Notes under the pieces: generated by a model
Seen by the model: the letters and a program-made list of their open reading frames with translations, nothing else
Database searches by the model: none
Told to the model about the DNA's origin: nothing
Made by a program: the position numbers and the translations under genes
NCBI GenBank assembly: GCA_913041895.1
Contig: CAJWKQ010000001.1
Coordinates: 1-49,547 of the forward strand
Source: an uncultured Verrucomicrobiales bacterium
GTDB lineage: Bacteria; Verrucomicrobiota; Verrucomicrobiia; Limisphaerales; UBA1100
DNA length: 49,547 bases
Direction of reading: 5' to 3'
Shown: piece by piece, positions 34,472 to 43,893 of the stretch
How the letters are laid out: each line of letters opens with the position of its first letter
Numbering within the stretch: the stretch's first letter is position 1

Positions 34472-35734
34472 CTATCCAAAGAGCTCTATAACCGGCTTAG
34501 CTCCCTCACTCACGAGTCTCATGGGCCTACCGAGGGGCGTTTCCACTTCCTTCGAATGATCAATACCCAATGCATAGCAGATACTCGCATGCAAATCATG
34601 AGGGTTAACTGGCCTTTCAGCAGGCATTATGGCGTCCTCATCAGATTTACCAATAACCTGCCCACCTTTAATTCCCCCACCAGCCATGAAGCAACTAAAA
34701 CAACGGGCATGATGATCTCGCCCCGCATTGCTGTTAATTCTTGGAGTACGCCCAAATTCACTGAGAACAATTACCATGGTTTTTTCGAGTTTCCCACTGG
34801 CAGCCAAATCCTCCACTAGCGAGGCCAAGGCTGGATCCATAATATCCCCATGGTTTTGCATCGCAGGAAAGTTGTTATTATGGGTATCAAACCCACCCCT
34901 GTTTACCTGCACAAAACGCACGCCAGTCTCTACCAATCGTCGTGCCAAAAGTGCTCCCCGACCAAAATCCGTATCACCATATCGGGCAATAGTCTTGGCA
35001 TCTTCCCCATTAAGCTCGAAGGCCTTTAATGCAGGGCTGCGCATCAAATTGACCGCTTCCTTGGTTGCCGTATTGACTGACTTGGACTCTTCCACACTAA
35101 GATTGCGTGCATTGCGCAAATTCATTTTGGCTAGCACATCCAGCCGTTTATTTCCGCGCATCTGAGTAATACCCGCAGGGAACGCTAGATAAGGATCCTT
35201 CTCACCAGGACGGCCCACATAATACGCCTCACACTTTTGGCCTAAATAGCCAGCGCGCCGCGCATTGCCACTAACGGTAATAAAAGCAGGCAAATCACCA
35301 AGACGCTCCTTTTCATGAGTCACGATAGAGCCAATTCCCGGATGAACCAGATTACCACTCTCGTTATAACTGGTTTGCAACTGATAAGACGCACGCCCAT
35401 GGGCCCCATTTGTTCCCGCAATAGATCTAATTAGTGCAGCGTGATGCATCTGCTTGGCCAGCTTAGGGAAAATGCCACTAATTTGGATGCCATCTGCAGA
35501 TGTACTAATTGGATCAAATTCCCCGGCAACCGGACGACCGGGCTTAGGATCCCATGTATCAATATGGCTCATGCCGCCACCACACCAAAAAAGAATGACG
35601 TGCTCGGCATTGGCCTGTTTTGCTTCACCAGCACGGGCTAACATTTGAGCTATGGGCATTCCGAGCAATGTCGCACTCGAGAGCCCCAGCATGCGCCGGC
35701 GGGTCATTTGGTAATCAAGGCATCCTTGGTTCAT
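34472..35734 (-). CDS. Tat-exported DUF1501 (sulfatase-fold) protein
   Basis: 420-aa ORF with the twin-arginine signal MTRRRMLGLSSATLLG. DUF1501-type motifs are present (DTWDPKPG, GGFDTHNN, NAGRDHH). An alternative ATG lies at 35707. Confidence 0.82.
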   Translation of the reverse strand: MNQGCLDYQMTRRRMLGLSSATLLGMPIAQMLARAGEAKQANAEHVILFWCGGGMSHIDTWDPKPGRPVAGEFDPISTSADGIQISGIFPKLAKQMHHAALIRSIAGTNGAHGRASYQLQTSYNESGNLVHPGIGSIVTHEKERLGDLPAFITVSGNARRAGYLGQKCEAYYVGRPGEKDPYLAFPAGITQMRGNKRLDVLAKMNLRNARNLSVEESKSVNTATKEAVNLMRSPALKAFELNGEDAKTIARYGDTDFGRGALLARRLVETGVRFVQVNRGGFDTHNNNFPAMQNHGDIMDPALASLVEDLAASGKLEKTMVIVLSEFGRTPRINSNAGRDHHARCFSCFMAGGGIKGGQVIGKSDEDAIMPAERPVNPHDLHASICYALGIDHSKEVETPLGRPMRLVSEGAKPVIELFG

Positions 35735-35761
35735 ATATGTTCCGTTTCGTTTATTTAAATT

Positions 35762-37888
35762 TTATGGGATATACCGGAATTCATTACTGTTAAGTAACGC
35801 CCAACGCAAATCAGCCATTCCATCAAGGGCTGGTTTTCCTGTGCCCACAATCTCGCGGGCAAATTTTATTTCCTGCGAATCGGGCTCGCGAGTCAGAATT
35901 TCCATGTAAGCCAAGTTAATTGCCTTATCAATATTCTGCTTCCCCTTACCTAGGAGCGTATACATCGGCTCCAGCGTTCCCACACGAGCCGCCTCATGTG
36001 TTGCCTTGCCATTCAGCATCATTAATTGCTGGCGCATGCTTGGGTTGTGCTCGCGGAAGTTGGCCAAACTATCACGAGCAGGCTGACCAAAAACCCGAAG
36101 AAAATGAGCTGGAGGCGCCGGAGTTGCCATTCTCATGGTACTTCCAAACTTCGGATTATCGTCCACTTTCCGTTCAACTTGAATATACTTATATTTCATT
36201 CGTGGCCCATTGTTCGGACGGGCCATATTTTGCTCCATCTGTTGTTGACGCTGCAACTGGGCATCACTCATCATCTTCATTGATGCCAGATCTTTTTGTA
36301 ACTCACTCTTGAGAAGCTCATCAAAGTTTAATGCAATCTGACCCTCCAAATCATATCCGCCGCCGCCCATAGGTTTAGCCATCATATTGGGCGCCATGTT
36401 AGGTTGAGGTGTTGGATTAGCAGCAGGCGAGGAGCTGCCTTCGATCACACCATCGGCAACGCGGACACGTTCGGTATAGGTTTTAATATTTTCACCGGGC
36501 GACCACTTGTGCTCAGCAAGGTGACCGGAAACTACAATACTATCATAAAGCGCCTCACTAACCATTCGGCGCGATTTTGCTGCAGCGAAGTTTTCAACCG
36601 CTGCCTTTTGGTCTGCCAAAGGAAGACTTGGATCGGCATGGCCCAAGGCATAAGTATCTGTGAGCAAAATCATTTTGATCAGCGCCTTGATATCGTAGCC
36701 GGTAGCCACAAATTCATCGGCCAAATAGTCCATAGCTTCACGGTGAACAACAATATCCTGAAAATCATCAACAGGCTCATAAAAGCCGTGGCCCATTAAT
36801 TCAGCCCACATGCGGTTTACCATGTTGCGTGCAAAATACCGGTTGTACGGGCTAGTCACCTTCTGAGCCAACTCAGCACGCTGCTGACTTTGGCGATAAA
36901 GATCTCCCTCAATATCCAGAGCCTTCGTAGCAGCCTTTGCTTCTTTGGTAACAGCCAAACCAAAACCCTTATCCTTGTTAAAGGCAGCTGAGGTATCAGC
37001 AGCATCCAATAGATCATCAATACTTTTACCCGCTTCGGCACCTGAAGCAGCAAGGGCTTCAGCTTCACGTTTGGCTTCCAGTCGTTTTACATATTCAGGA
37101 GACGCAGAGGCATCCTCTAATTCAAAGGGGAACTTGGGTAAAACCGGATTACGGGTTGGCGGCTTTCGCCTTTCAGGCGGCCAGAGAACCGTAGTATCTT
37201 TCCCCTCAGTGGTGTAAACGCGGCGGGAGAATTGATTTTCTATACGACGAGTTTTTCCAAAGTAAGTTGCCAGCTCATAAAACTGTTTCTGCTTCCAAAC
37301 ATCAAAAGGATGATTATGACACTGGGCACACTGCATCCTCACGCCAAGAAACATCTGACTGGTTGCCGCGGCCATCGCCATAGCATCAACCTCTTCGCCC
37401 AAAATCAAACCTACAGCCGGCACCTTGCCTGAGGAACCATTGGCACTGAGCATCTCACGACTCATTACATCCCAAGGACGGTTCTCACGAAGATTTTTGT
37501 GGAGGTAAGCTAAAAAGGCATTACCCCCTGTGGCATTGGAGCGAATACGCAGGATGTCAGAGAAAAATACAGTCCACCTATCTGCATAGCGGGGATCAAC
37601 CAAAAGCTTATCTATTAATTTAGAACGGCGCTCTTTAGCGGGCCATTTCTGAAATTGCTTTACCTCCTCATAAGTGGGGATTCTCCCAATGACATCCACG
37701 CTGACTCTGCGCAAAAAAGTAAGATCATCAATAACTTCAGCCTTTTTGATGGGCTTTTCTGCCTTGGAATTCTGCTGGGCAAGCAACTGATCTATCTTGG
37801 CCGATTTAGCATGCGCAAATAAGCCGGCGCATAGGAACGAAACAGTGAATAAGACTCTGATAAAACAAGGATTAAATTTCATATTCAC
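35762..37888 (-). CDS. secreted DUF1549/DUF1553 (PSD1-type) protein
   Basis: 708-aa ORF with a signal peptide. DUF1549-type blocks include LRRVSVDVIGRIPT and CAQCHNHPFDVW. The DUF1553-type C-terminus ends in ALLNSNEFRYIP. It lies 27 nt upstream of its usual DUF1501 partner. Confidence 0.82.
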   Translation of the reverse strand: MNMKFNPCFIRVLFTVSFLCAGLFAHAKSAKIDQLLAQQNSKAEKPIKKAEVIDDLTFLRRVSVDVIGRIPTYEEVKQFQKWPAKERRSKLIDKLLVDPRYADRWTVFFSDILRIRSNATGGNAFLAYLHKNLRENRPWDVMSREMLSANGSSGKVPAVGLILGEEVDAMAMAAATSQMFLGVRMQCAQCHNHPFDVWKQKQFYELATYFGKTRRIENQFSRRVYTTEGKDTTVLWPPERRKPPTRNPVLPKFPFELEDASASPEYVKRLEAKREAEALAASGAEAGKSIDDLLDAADTSAAFNKDKGFGLAVTKEAKAATKALDIEGDLYRQSQQRAELAQKVTSPYNRYFARNMVNRMWAELMGHGFYEPVDDFQDIVVHREAMDYLADEFVATGYDIKALIKMILLTDTYALGHADPSLPLADQKAAVENFAAAKSRRMVSEALYDSIVVSGHLAEHKWSPGENIKTYTERVRVADGVIEGSSSPAANPTPQPNMAPNMMAKPMGGGGYDLEGQIALNFDELLKSELQKDLASMKMMSDAQLQRQQQMEQNMARPNNGPRMKYKYIQVERKVDDNPKFGSTMRMATPAPPAHFLRVFGQPARDSLANFREHNPSMRQQLMMLNGKATHEAARVGTLEPMYTLLGKGKQNIDKAINLAYMEILTREPDSQEIKFAREIVGTGKPALDGMADLRWALLNSNEFRYIP

Positions 37889-37968
37889 TAAATAAAAAGA
37901 TGCCTCACTTTATGACTGCAAGCAACCTAAAAGAAATTCACTATTATTCGCAAAATCGAGGTTAAAAA

Positions 37969-38046
37969 TGGTCGGACCGGGGAGATTTGAACTCCCGACC
38001 TCCACACCCCCAGTGTGGCGCGCTAACCAGGCTGCGCTACGGTCCG
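37969..38046 (-). tRNA. tRNA-Pro (anticodon GGG), 3' CCA encoded
   Basis: The minus strand reads CGGACCGTAGCGCAGCCTGGTTAGCGCGCCACACTGGGGGTGTGGAGGTCGGGAGTTCAAATCTCCCCGGTCCGACCA. It folds by hand into a cloverleaf: 7-bp acceptor stem CGGACCG/CGGTCCG, D arm GCGC/GCGC, anticodon stem CCACA/TGTGG with loop CTGGGGG (anticodon GGG), and T arm GGGAG-TTCAAAT-CTCCC. Confidence 0.92.
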
Positions 38047-38110
38047 CCAAGAGAGGGACGCATGCTACCGTTTGCCCATCGAAAAACAATCATTTAACAC
38101 ATCTTAAGCA

Positions 38111-39256
38111 TCAATCGACCTTAAGCACAATTGTGGTAAAATCATCAGGTTGATGGTTGGCTGCCTCATGAGAGCGCCCCGCTTCATGAAGCCCGGCAAC
38201 AATTTCAGCGGCAGATTCCACCTGATGACTGCCCAAGGTTTGAATCATGCGTTCCTTGCCAAAGAGTTCTCCATCCTCAGCAGTGGATTCCTCAACACCA
38301 TCAGTCATAAGAGCCAACAAATCTCCGGAGTCCAATGGCAGATCTTCACTAACCTTATATTGAGTGTCGGCCCTGACACCCAAGGCGATACCTGTTCGTT
38401 TTAATTCCTTTTTTAATTTCCCATCCCGATCCAGCCACAAAGCAGGCGGGTGCCCCGCACTAGCATAGGTCAGGGAACGGGCGGAAGGATTGAATCTCAC
38501 AAAAAGAAGGGTCACAAACCGCTCCGAACCCGTGTCTTCATTCAACACTCGATTGGCCCGAGTGAGAATCTCACTCACATCATCAAAGTCCGCAGCCAAA
38601 ATTCTCAAGTAGGCTCGCGTTTCAGCCATGAGCAAAGCCGGACCAATCCCGTGGCCGGTAACATCCCCCACTACCAATCCGTAATCCCCCCCCGACATCG
38701 GAATAAAATCATAATAGTCACCACCGGTTTCCTCAGCACTTTCAGTCAAACCCGCCAAATCATACCCTTTCAAATCAGGAGCATCCTTCGGAAAAAGACG
38801 TTGTTGTATCTCCCGAGCAATGCGCATTTGTTCATTGGCTGCATGGAGTGCAGTCTCAGCCTCACGGTGACGCGTGCGGTCCCTTGCTTCTCGTACTTCA
38901 CGTTCCACTGCCGGAACCAATCGAGCCAAATTACCTTTCATCAGGTAATCGTGTGCGCCCGATTTCATAATTTGCACCGCCAAGTCCTCTCCAATACCTC
39001 CACTGATGACAATAAAGGGAACATCCTGACCACTTTCCTGTAACAGTTTCAACCCTTCTGCCCCGTTGAATTCGGGTAAATTATAATCGGCCAATATGAC
39101 ATCCCACTTCTCATTATCTAAAGCAGTAATAAATTCTTTACTCGTTTCAACCCGTTCACTGGTTACTTCATAGCCTCCAGCTTTAACCAAGCCTACCAGC
39201 ACCTTTGCATCCAGTGCTGAATCCTCAATAATTAGAACTTTTAATGGTTCGCTCAT
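38111..39256 (-). CDS. response regulator receiver fused to a PP2C/SpoIIE-family phosphatase (RsbU-like)
   Basis: The REC domain is visible (KVLIIEDS..., phosphoacceptor context VILADYNLPEFNG, SGAHDYLMK). A coiled linker follows, then the PP2C/SpoIIE motifs GGDYYDF, VVGDVTGHG and LMTDGV. The ATG at 39256 lies 2 nt after the trpC stop. The GTG at 39262 is an alternative. Confidence 0.85.
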   Translation of the reverse strand: MSEPLKVLIIEDSALDAKVLVGLVKAGGYEVTSERVETSKEFITALDNEKWDVILADYNLPEFNGAEGLKLLQESGQDVPFIVISGGIGEDLAVQIMKSGAHDYLMKGNLARLVPAVEREVREARDRTRHREAETALHAANEQMRIAREIQQRLFPKDAPDLKGYDLAGLTESAEETGGDYYDFIPMSGGDYGLVVGDVTGHGIGPALLMAETRAYLRILAADFDDVSEILTRANRVLNEDTGSERFVTLLFVRFNPSARSLTYASAGHPPALWLDRDGKLKKELKRTGIALGVRADTQYKVSEDLPLDSGDLLALMTDGVEESTAEDGELFGKERMIQTLGSHQVESAAEIVAGLHEAGRSHEAANHQPDDFTTIVLKVD

Positions 39257-39258
39257 TC

Positions 39259-40047
39259 TCACCCTATCAATTCTTCAACTTTTGCCGCAATATTATCCAC
39301 ACGCATCAGGGATTCGCCTATGAGAACAGCCTTAGCTCCGCAAGTTTTCAAACGCTCCACATCCTCTCGGGTATGAATACCGCTTTCAGCCACTAAAAGA
39401 GTCTGATCTGCGTCCAGTTGCCCGGCCAACGACTCAGTCGTTTCAAGATCTACTGAAAATGTTTTCAGATTACGATTATTAACCCCTATCAAAGGCGCAT
39501 CAATTGCGAGTGCACGCGATAGCTCTTTTGAATCATGCACCTCCACCAGCACAGACAACCCTGCTTCCGAAGCCAAATGATGAAATCCTGAAAGCTGATC
39601 ATCATTTAGTATCGCCGCAATCAATAAAATTGCATCAGCACCCCAATCAATCGCCTCTGCAATCTGTCTTGAATCAACAACAAAATCTTTTCTCAAGAGC
39701 GGCAAATCCACTGCATCCCTAATAGCCTTTAAGTAATCAGGAGAACCTTGAAAAAACTTTTCATCGGTTAACACTGAAAGACAACTCGCTCCAGCACTTT
39801 CGTATTGATTGGCAATATCCACAGGATCGAAGTCAGCCCGGATAATCCCCGCAGATGGAGAAGCTTTTTTGACTTCAGCAATTAACCCAATATCTCCAAC
39901 GCGTGGGTTTTCCAATGCCTGCCTGAAATCCCTGACACCACCACGCTTTTCAACGGCCGTGCGCAGGGAGTCCACTGAAACCTCAAACTCCGGTAAACCA
40001 GCAAGTTCCTTCTCTTTATGCGCAACTATTTCATCTAGAATATTCAT
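39259..40047 (-). CDS. trpC: indole-3-glycerol phosphate synthase
   Basis: 262-aa ORF with [29 protein letters not shown] and IGVNNRNL. There is an ATGA overlap with the prfB stop. Confidence 0.92.
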   Translation of the reverse strand: MNILDEIVAHKEKELAGLPEFEVSVDSLRTAVEKRGGVRDFRQALENPRVGDIGLIAEVKKASPSAGIIRADFDPVDIANQYESAGASCLSVLTDEKFFQGSPDYLKAIRDAVDLPLLRKDFVVDSRQIAEAIDWGADAILLIAAILNDDQLSGFHHLASEAGLSVLVEVHDSKELSRALAIDAPLIGVNNRNLKTFSVDLETTESLAGQLDADQTLLVAESGIHTREDVERLKTCGAKAVLIGESLMRVDNIAAKVEELIG

Positions 40048-41181
40048 TCCTCATCGGCCCCCGCAATACGCTTGGTGGGGCAGCCAGCCTGAAGCCAACC
40101 GTTAACAAAGTTATCCAAATCACCGTCCATAACCTCCTGGACATTTCCACTCTGAATTCCGGTGCGTAAATCCTTCACCATCTGATAGGGCTGAAAAACA
40201 TAACTGCGAATCTGGTTCCCCCAACCAATGGCCCCCTTGTCGCTGTAGAAACGCTCCATTTCAGATTTTTTTTCGTCTTCCCGCTTGGCATGTAATTTGG
40301 CGAGTAAAAGCTTCATGGCTCCTGCACGGTTCTGGTGCTGGCTACGCTGCGTCTGACAAGCGGCAACAATCCCAGTGGGGACATGGGTGATCCGAACAGC
40401 CGTTTCTACCTTGTTTACGTTTTGCCCACCCTTACCCCCGCTTCTATATGTATCCACCCGTAACTCGGAAGGATCGACTTCAATATCGCCTTCATCCTCA
40501 ATTTCAGCAATCACATCCACACTAGCGAAACTGGTATGCCGACGGCTATTTGAGTCAAAAGGAGATATTCGCACTAATCTATGCACTCCCCGTTCAGCCT
40601 TGCTGTAGCCAAAGGCATTTTCGCCGGAAATGGTTAAGGTGACACTTTTCACTCCTGCAACTTCCCCAGGCATAAGATCCTGTATCACAACCTTCCATCC
40701 CCGGCGTTCCCCCCAGCGCTGGTACATCCGCATGAGCATATCAGCCCAGTCACAGCTTTCAGTTCCACCTGCACCCGCATTAATAGAAAGAATACAATTG
40801 CACTTATCCTGCGGACCGGAAAGTAAAGCAGCTAATTCAAGTTCGTCCAAAGAATCAACGAATCTATCGGTATCCACACTTAGCTCTTCAGCCAAATCCG
40901 ATTGGGTTGCTTCATCTTCCTCTGCCCCAAGCTCCAACATTCCCTGAAGGTCTGCCAGTTGATTCTCTGCCTTACGATAAGGATCAATTCGTTTACGTAA
41001 TGCAGAAGCTTCCTCTACGAACTTCTGCGCATTTTCCCGATCGTCCCAAAAGTTATCCGCCGACATTAACTTCTCAATCTCAGCCAGACGGGTTTCACTC
41101 TTGGCAATGTCAAAGAAACCTCCGCAACTTCTCCAAACGAGACTCTGTTTCAGTTAACCTAGCTTGAACCGCATCAAACAT
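40044..41181 (-). CDS. prfB: peptide chain release factor 2 (two frames joined by a programmed +1 frameshift)
   Basis: Frame 0 runs 41181..41113 and encodes [23 protein letters not shown], followed by an in-frame TGA at 41112..41110. The +1 frame runs 41111..40044 and continues [24 protein letters not shown]... It carries the RF2 SPF motif (RISPFDS) and the GGQ motif ([16 protein letters not shown]). Confidence 0.93.
41109..41120 (-). promoter_or_regulatory. RF2 autoregulatory +1 frameshift site (GGAGG spacer CTT TGA C)
   Basis: The minus strand reads cGGAGGTTTCTTTGAC. This is the canonical CTT-TGA-C slippery/stop context, with an internal Shine-Dalgarno-like GGAGG 3 nt upstream of CTT. Confidence 0.9.
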
Positions 41182-41188
41182 ACGGGCT

Positions 41189-42880
41189 TCATTTAGCCGG
41201 ATCATCACCCAATTCCGAGTCATTTTTCTCGGCACCATCTGAATGCCGTACACGTAGTAAGGCTAAAACCCCGCATACAAAAACTGACCCCCAAGACACC
41301 CAATCACCTGTACGCTGATAAAAAGTGGGGGAATGTGGCCCCTCCCTCAGGGGAACTTCAACCATTCGCACCCCTTCCGAATGTACCAGCTCTCCGACCC
41401 CATGAAACTGTCCGTACTCATCCACCCATCCGGTAATACCGTTATTGCAGCAACGGATTAACGGGCGCTGGGTTTCAATCGCCCGCCATGCCGCGCTACG
41501 AGCGTGTTGCCATTGTTGGTGGCTGTCACCGAACCACCCGTCATTAGTCATGTTCAGCAGAAAATCCACCTCAGGAGTTGCTGCCCGCCTTGCCAATTTC
41601 GGCACTACATCTTCAAAGCAAATTAATAATGAGGTTTTAGCCATTCCCAAATCGAAAGTTACAGGCCCACTACCGCGCCCGAAATTACCTACAGGGGCAA
41701 GCTTCTTGAGAAAGGGTAACTGCTCTGAAAAAGGTACGTATTCCCCAAACATAACCAAATGCCGCTTGGCATATGTAGGCCAGGGCATTCGCTGTAATTC
41801 ACGAAGAAACTTATCTTCGGGCGGTATTAATAATGCGCTATTAAAAGGTACGTTGTTGGTCCACGTATCGGTTCCCCAAACGCGCCATACATTGTGCTTC
41901 TCAATTGCTTCTTCCAATTTCTTGAATCGCTTTACCACATTGGTTGCATTTAATCTGCCCAATGGGGGTAGAGAAGCTTCTGGCCAAACCAACAGTTTAG
42001 GTTTTTGAGCAACCGCACTGTCCGAAAGATCCATCATTTGCTCAAACCGCTCAGTCTGAGATTCGACGTCTGTGACACTCCAAAGCACTGTTTGCTCTAT
42101 ACTAGGCTGAATCAGGGCAATGGAAAATGTGTCGCGTTCTTTTGCTAAGGGCTTCGATAAGGCGATATGACCTAAAACCAAGACCACTACAAACAACGTG
42201 ACGGGCCCCACCAAATTCTTGAGCAAAGCTGGAGCAAGCCGATCCTGCTCGCGCCAACAATAAAACATCAATAAAGCCCCTATCGAACCCCAAGCCACAA
42301 CTAGGGATACACCTAATACACCTGTGTACTGCGCAAGCATAGCCAATGAAGTGAAATCCAACTGAGATCCTCCCAGATAATTCCAGGGAAAACCGGTAAT
42401 CACCCAACCACGCAGACATTCTTGAGCCACCCAAGCTACAGCACAGGCCGCGCCCCATCCTAGACGTTTTTTGAACTCCATGCAGAGAATTGACCCTCCC
42501 GCTTGCCTCACATCGCCAGGAAAAATCCACCAACAAAACGCCGACCAGAGGGCTGGGTAAATCGAACAATAACCTGCTAAAGCGACCCACCCGACAATGT
42601 TACTACCCGCAACGGGAATATAAAGCACCCAACTGAGCGAAGAGAAGAAATGTGCCACCCCAACAATGTACCCCAAACAAAAAGCACGCTTGGGCTTAGC
42701 TGCACTTGCCCACAGAACCAAGGCAGGGGCCAGCCAAGCAGCAGGCTCACACTGCAAAGGGGCAAAGGCACAAAACCAAACCAAACCGGCAAAGATCGCC
42801 TTTATCCAATCACGCTTGTTATCCACTGCTGAGAGTCTGATCAATGGAGGCTCCAAGGCAAGCGCACCCTGTTCACGCAT
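41189..42880 (-). CDS. lnt: apolipoprotein N-acyltransferase
   Basis: 563-aa ORF. The polytopic N-terminal half is followed by a CN-hydrolase domain (LLVWPEASLP, KRHLVMFGEYVP, LICFEDVVP). prfB starts 8 nt after its stop. Confidence 0.88.
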   Translation of the reverse strand: MREQGALALEPPLIRLSAVDNKRDWIKAIFAGLVWFCAFAPLQCEPAAWLAPALVLWASAAKPKRAFCLGYIVGVAHFFSSLSWVLYIPVAGSNIVGWVALAGYCSIYPALWSAFCWWIFPGDVRQAGGSILCMEFKKRLGWGAACAVAWVAQECLRGWVITGFPWNYLGGSQLDFTSLAMLAQYTGVLGVSLVVAWGSIGALLMFYCWREQDRLAPALLKNLVGPVTLFVVVLVLGHIALSKPLAKERDTFSIALIQPSIEQTVLWSVTDVESQTERFEQMMDLSDSAVAQKPKLLVWPEASLPPLGRLNATNVVKRFKKLEEAIEKHNVWRVWGTDTWTNNVPFNSALLIPPEDKFLRELQRMPWPTYAKRHLVMFGEYVPFSEQLPFLKKLAPVGNFGRGSGPVTFDLGMAKTSLLICFEDVVPKLARRAATPEVDFLLNMTNDGWFGDSHQQWQHARSAAWRAIETQRPLIRCCNNGITGWVDEYGQFHGVGELVHSEGVRMVEVPLREGPHSPTFYQRTGDWVSWGSVFVCGVLALLRVRHSDGAEKNDSELGDDPAK

Positions 42881-42931
42881 AATTTTGTTTTACCCAAGGG
42901 TTATAGCTCCATTAGCATCGACCCAACACCA

Positions 42932-43867
42932 ATGAAAGAAGTCCGAATTGGTAAAAGTACGTTAAAGGGATCGCGGTTGGCCTTTGGCTGCTGGCGTATT
43001 GCAGGCACTTGGGAGGCTCGAAAGGTAAACGCCAAAGCCCGTGAATCAGGCCTGAAAGCAATACTGGCAGCTTACGAAACTGGATACACCCTTTTTGATT
43101 TGGCCGATATTTATTGTGAAGGAATTTCCGAAGAACTGTTTGGGTTAGCACTTAAACAATCTAAAAGCCTGAAGAAATCTGCGCTAATCGCCACAAAATG
43201 CGGTATTCGCATCCCTGAAGCCGGCGAGACCTATCGATATGATCTTTCAGCCGATTACATTATTCAATCATGTGAAAATTCATTGCAACGACTAGGAGTA
43301 GATTGTTTGGATATATACCAGCTACACAGGCCCGACTGGCTAATGGACCCAAATGAAGTGGCCAAAGCTTTTGCCAAACTAAAAAAAACCGGCAAAGTGA
43401 AACATTTTGGGGTCAGTAATTTTAAACCATCACAAGTAAGTCTCCTTCAAAGTGCACTTAAGGATTCTCTGGTCGTCAATCAAATCGAAATCAGCCTGCT
43501 TCAATTGGCTTCATTTGAAGATGGAACGTTAGATCAATGCCAACAACATAAAATAACTCCAATGGCCTGGAGTCCGCTGGCGGGCGGCTATCTCGGCAAC
43601 GGCAAAAGCAATGTTCTTCCTTCACAGGAAAAATACAAACCTATCAAAATACGACGGCGATTGGACTCCCTTGCACGTGAATTCAGCACAAGTCGCTCAG
43701 CAATTGCACTAGCGTGGCTGCTAAAACACCCCTCAGGCATTATCCCAATTATAGGAACCACCAAGCCTTCTCGCATTCGCGAATTGGCTGAAGCTGATCA
43801 AATCGACCTCTCCCATGAACAGTGGTACACACTCTTAACCTCCGCCTTAAAGGAGGATCTTCCCTGA
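42932..43867 (+). CDS. aldo/keto reductase family oxidoreductase
   Basis: 311-aa ORF with the AKR pattern (LFDLADIYCEG, ATKCG, LDIYQLHRPD, HFGVSNF, ALAWLL). Confidence 0.85.
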   Translation: MKEVRIGKSTLKGSRLAFGCWRIAGTWEARKVNAKARESGLKAILAAYETGYTLFDLADIYCEGISEELFGLALKQSKSLKKSALIATKCGIRIPEAGETYRYDLSADYIIQSCENSLQRLGVDCLDIYQLHRPDWLMDPNEVAKAFAKLKKTGKVKHFGVSNFKPSQVSLLQSALKDSLVVNQIEISLLQLASFEDGTLDQCQQHKITPMAWSPLAGGYLGNGKSNVLPSQEKYKPIKIRRRLDSLAREFSTSRSAIALAWLLKHPSGIIPIIGTTKPSRIRELAEADQIDLSHEQWYTLLTSALKEDLP

Positions 43868-43893
43868 CCAGCCCAACTCAACTCGGTTTCCGA

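Noticed and set aside
38450-39043. 197-aa plus-strand ORF antisense to the REC-PP2C gene
   Set aside because: It is a shadow ORF inside a gene with clear REC and SpoIIE motifs and has no recognisable family features.
41445-42008. 187-aa plus-strand ORF antisense to lnt, and the 162-aa minus-strand out-of-frame ORF at 42102-42590
   Set aside because: Both lie within the lnt coding region, which has clear CN-hydrolase and polytopic features. They are Cys/Arg/Ser-rich translations typical of off-frame reads.
43822-43893. N-terminal extension of aguA overlapping the aldo/keto reductase gene
   Set aside because: Agmatine deiminases begin close to the MPAEWEPH motif, and the ATG at 43894 provides exactly that. 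The extension would overlap the upstream gene by 46 nt.
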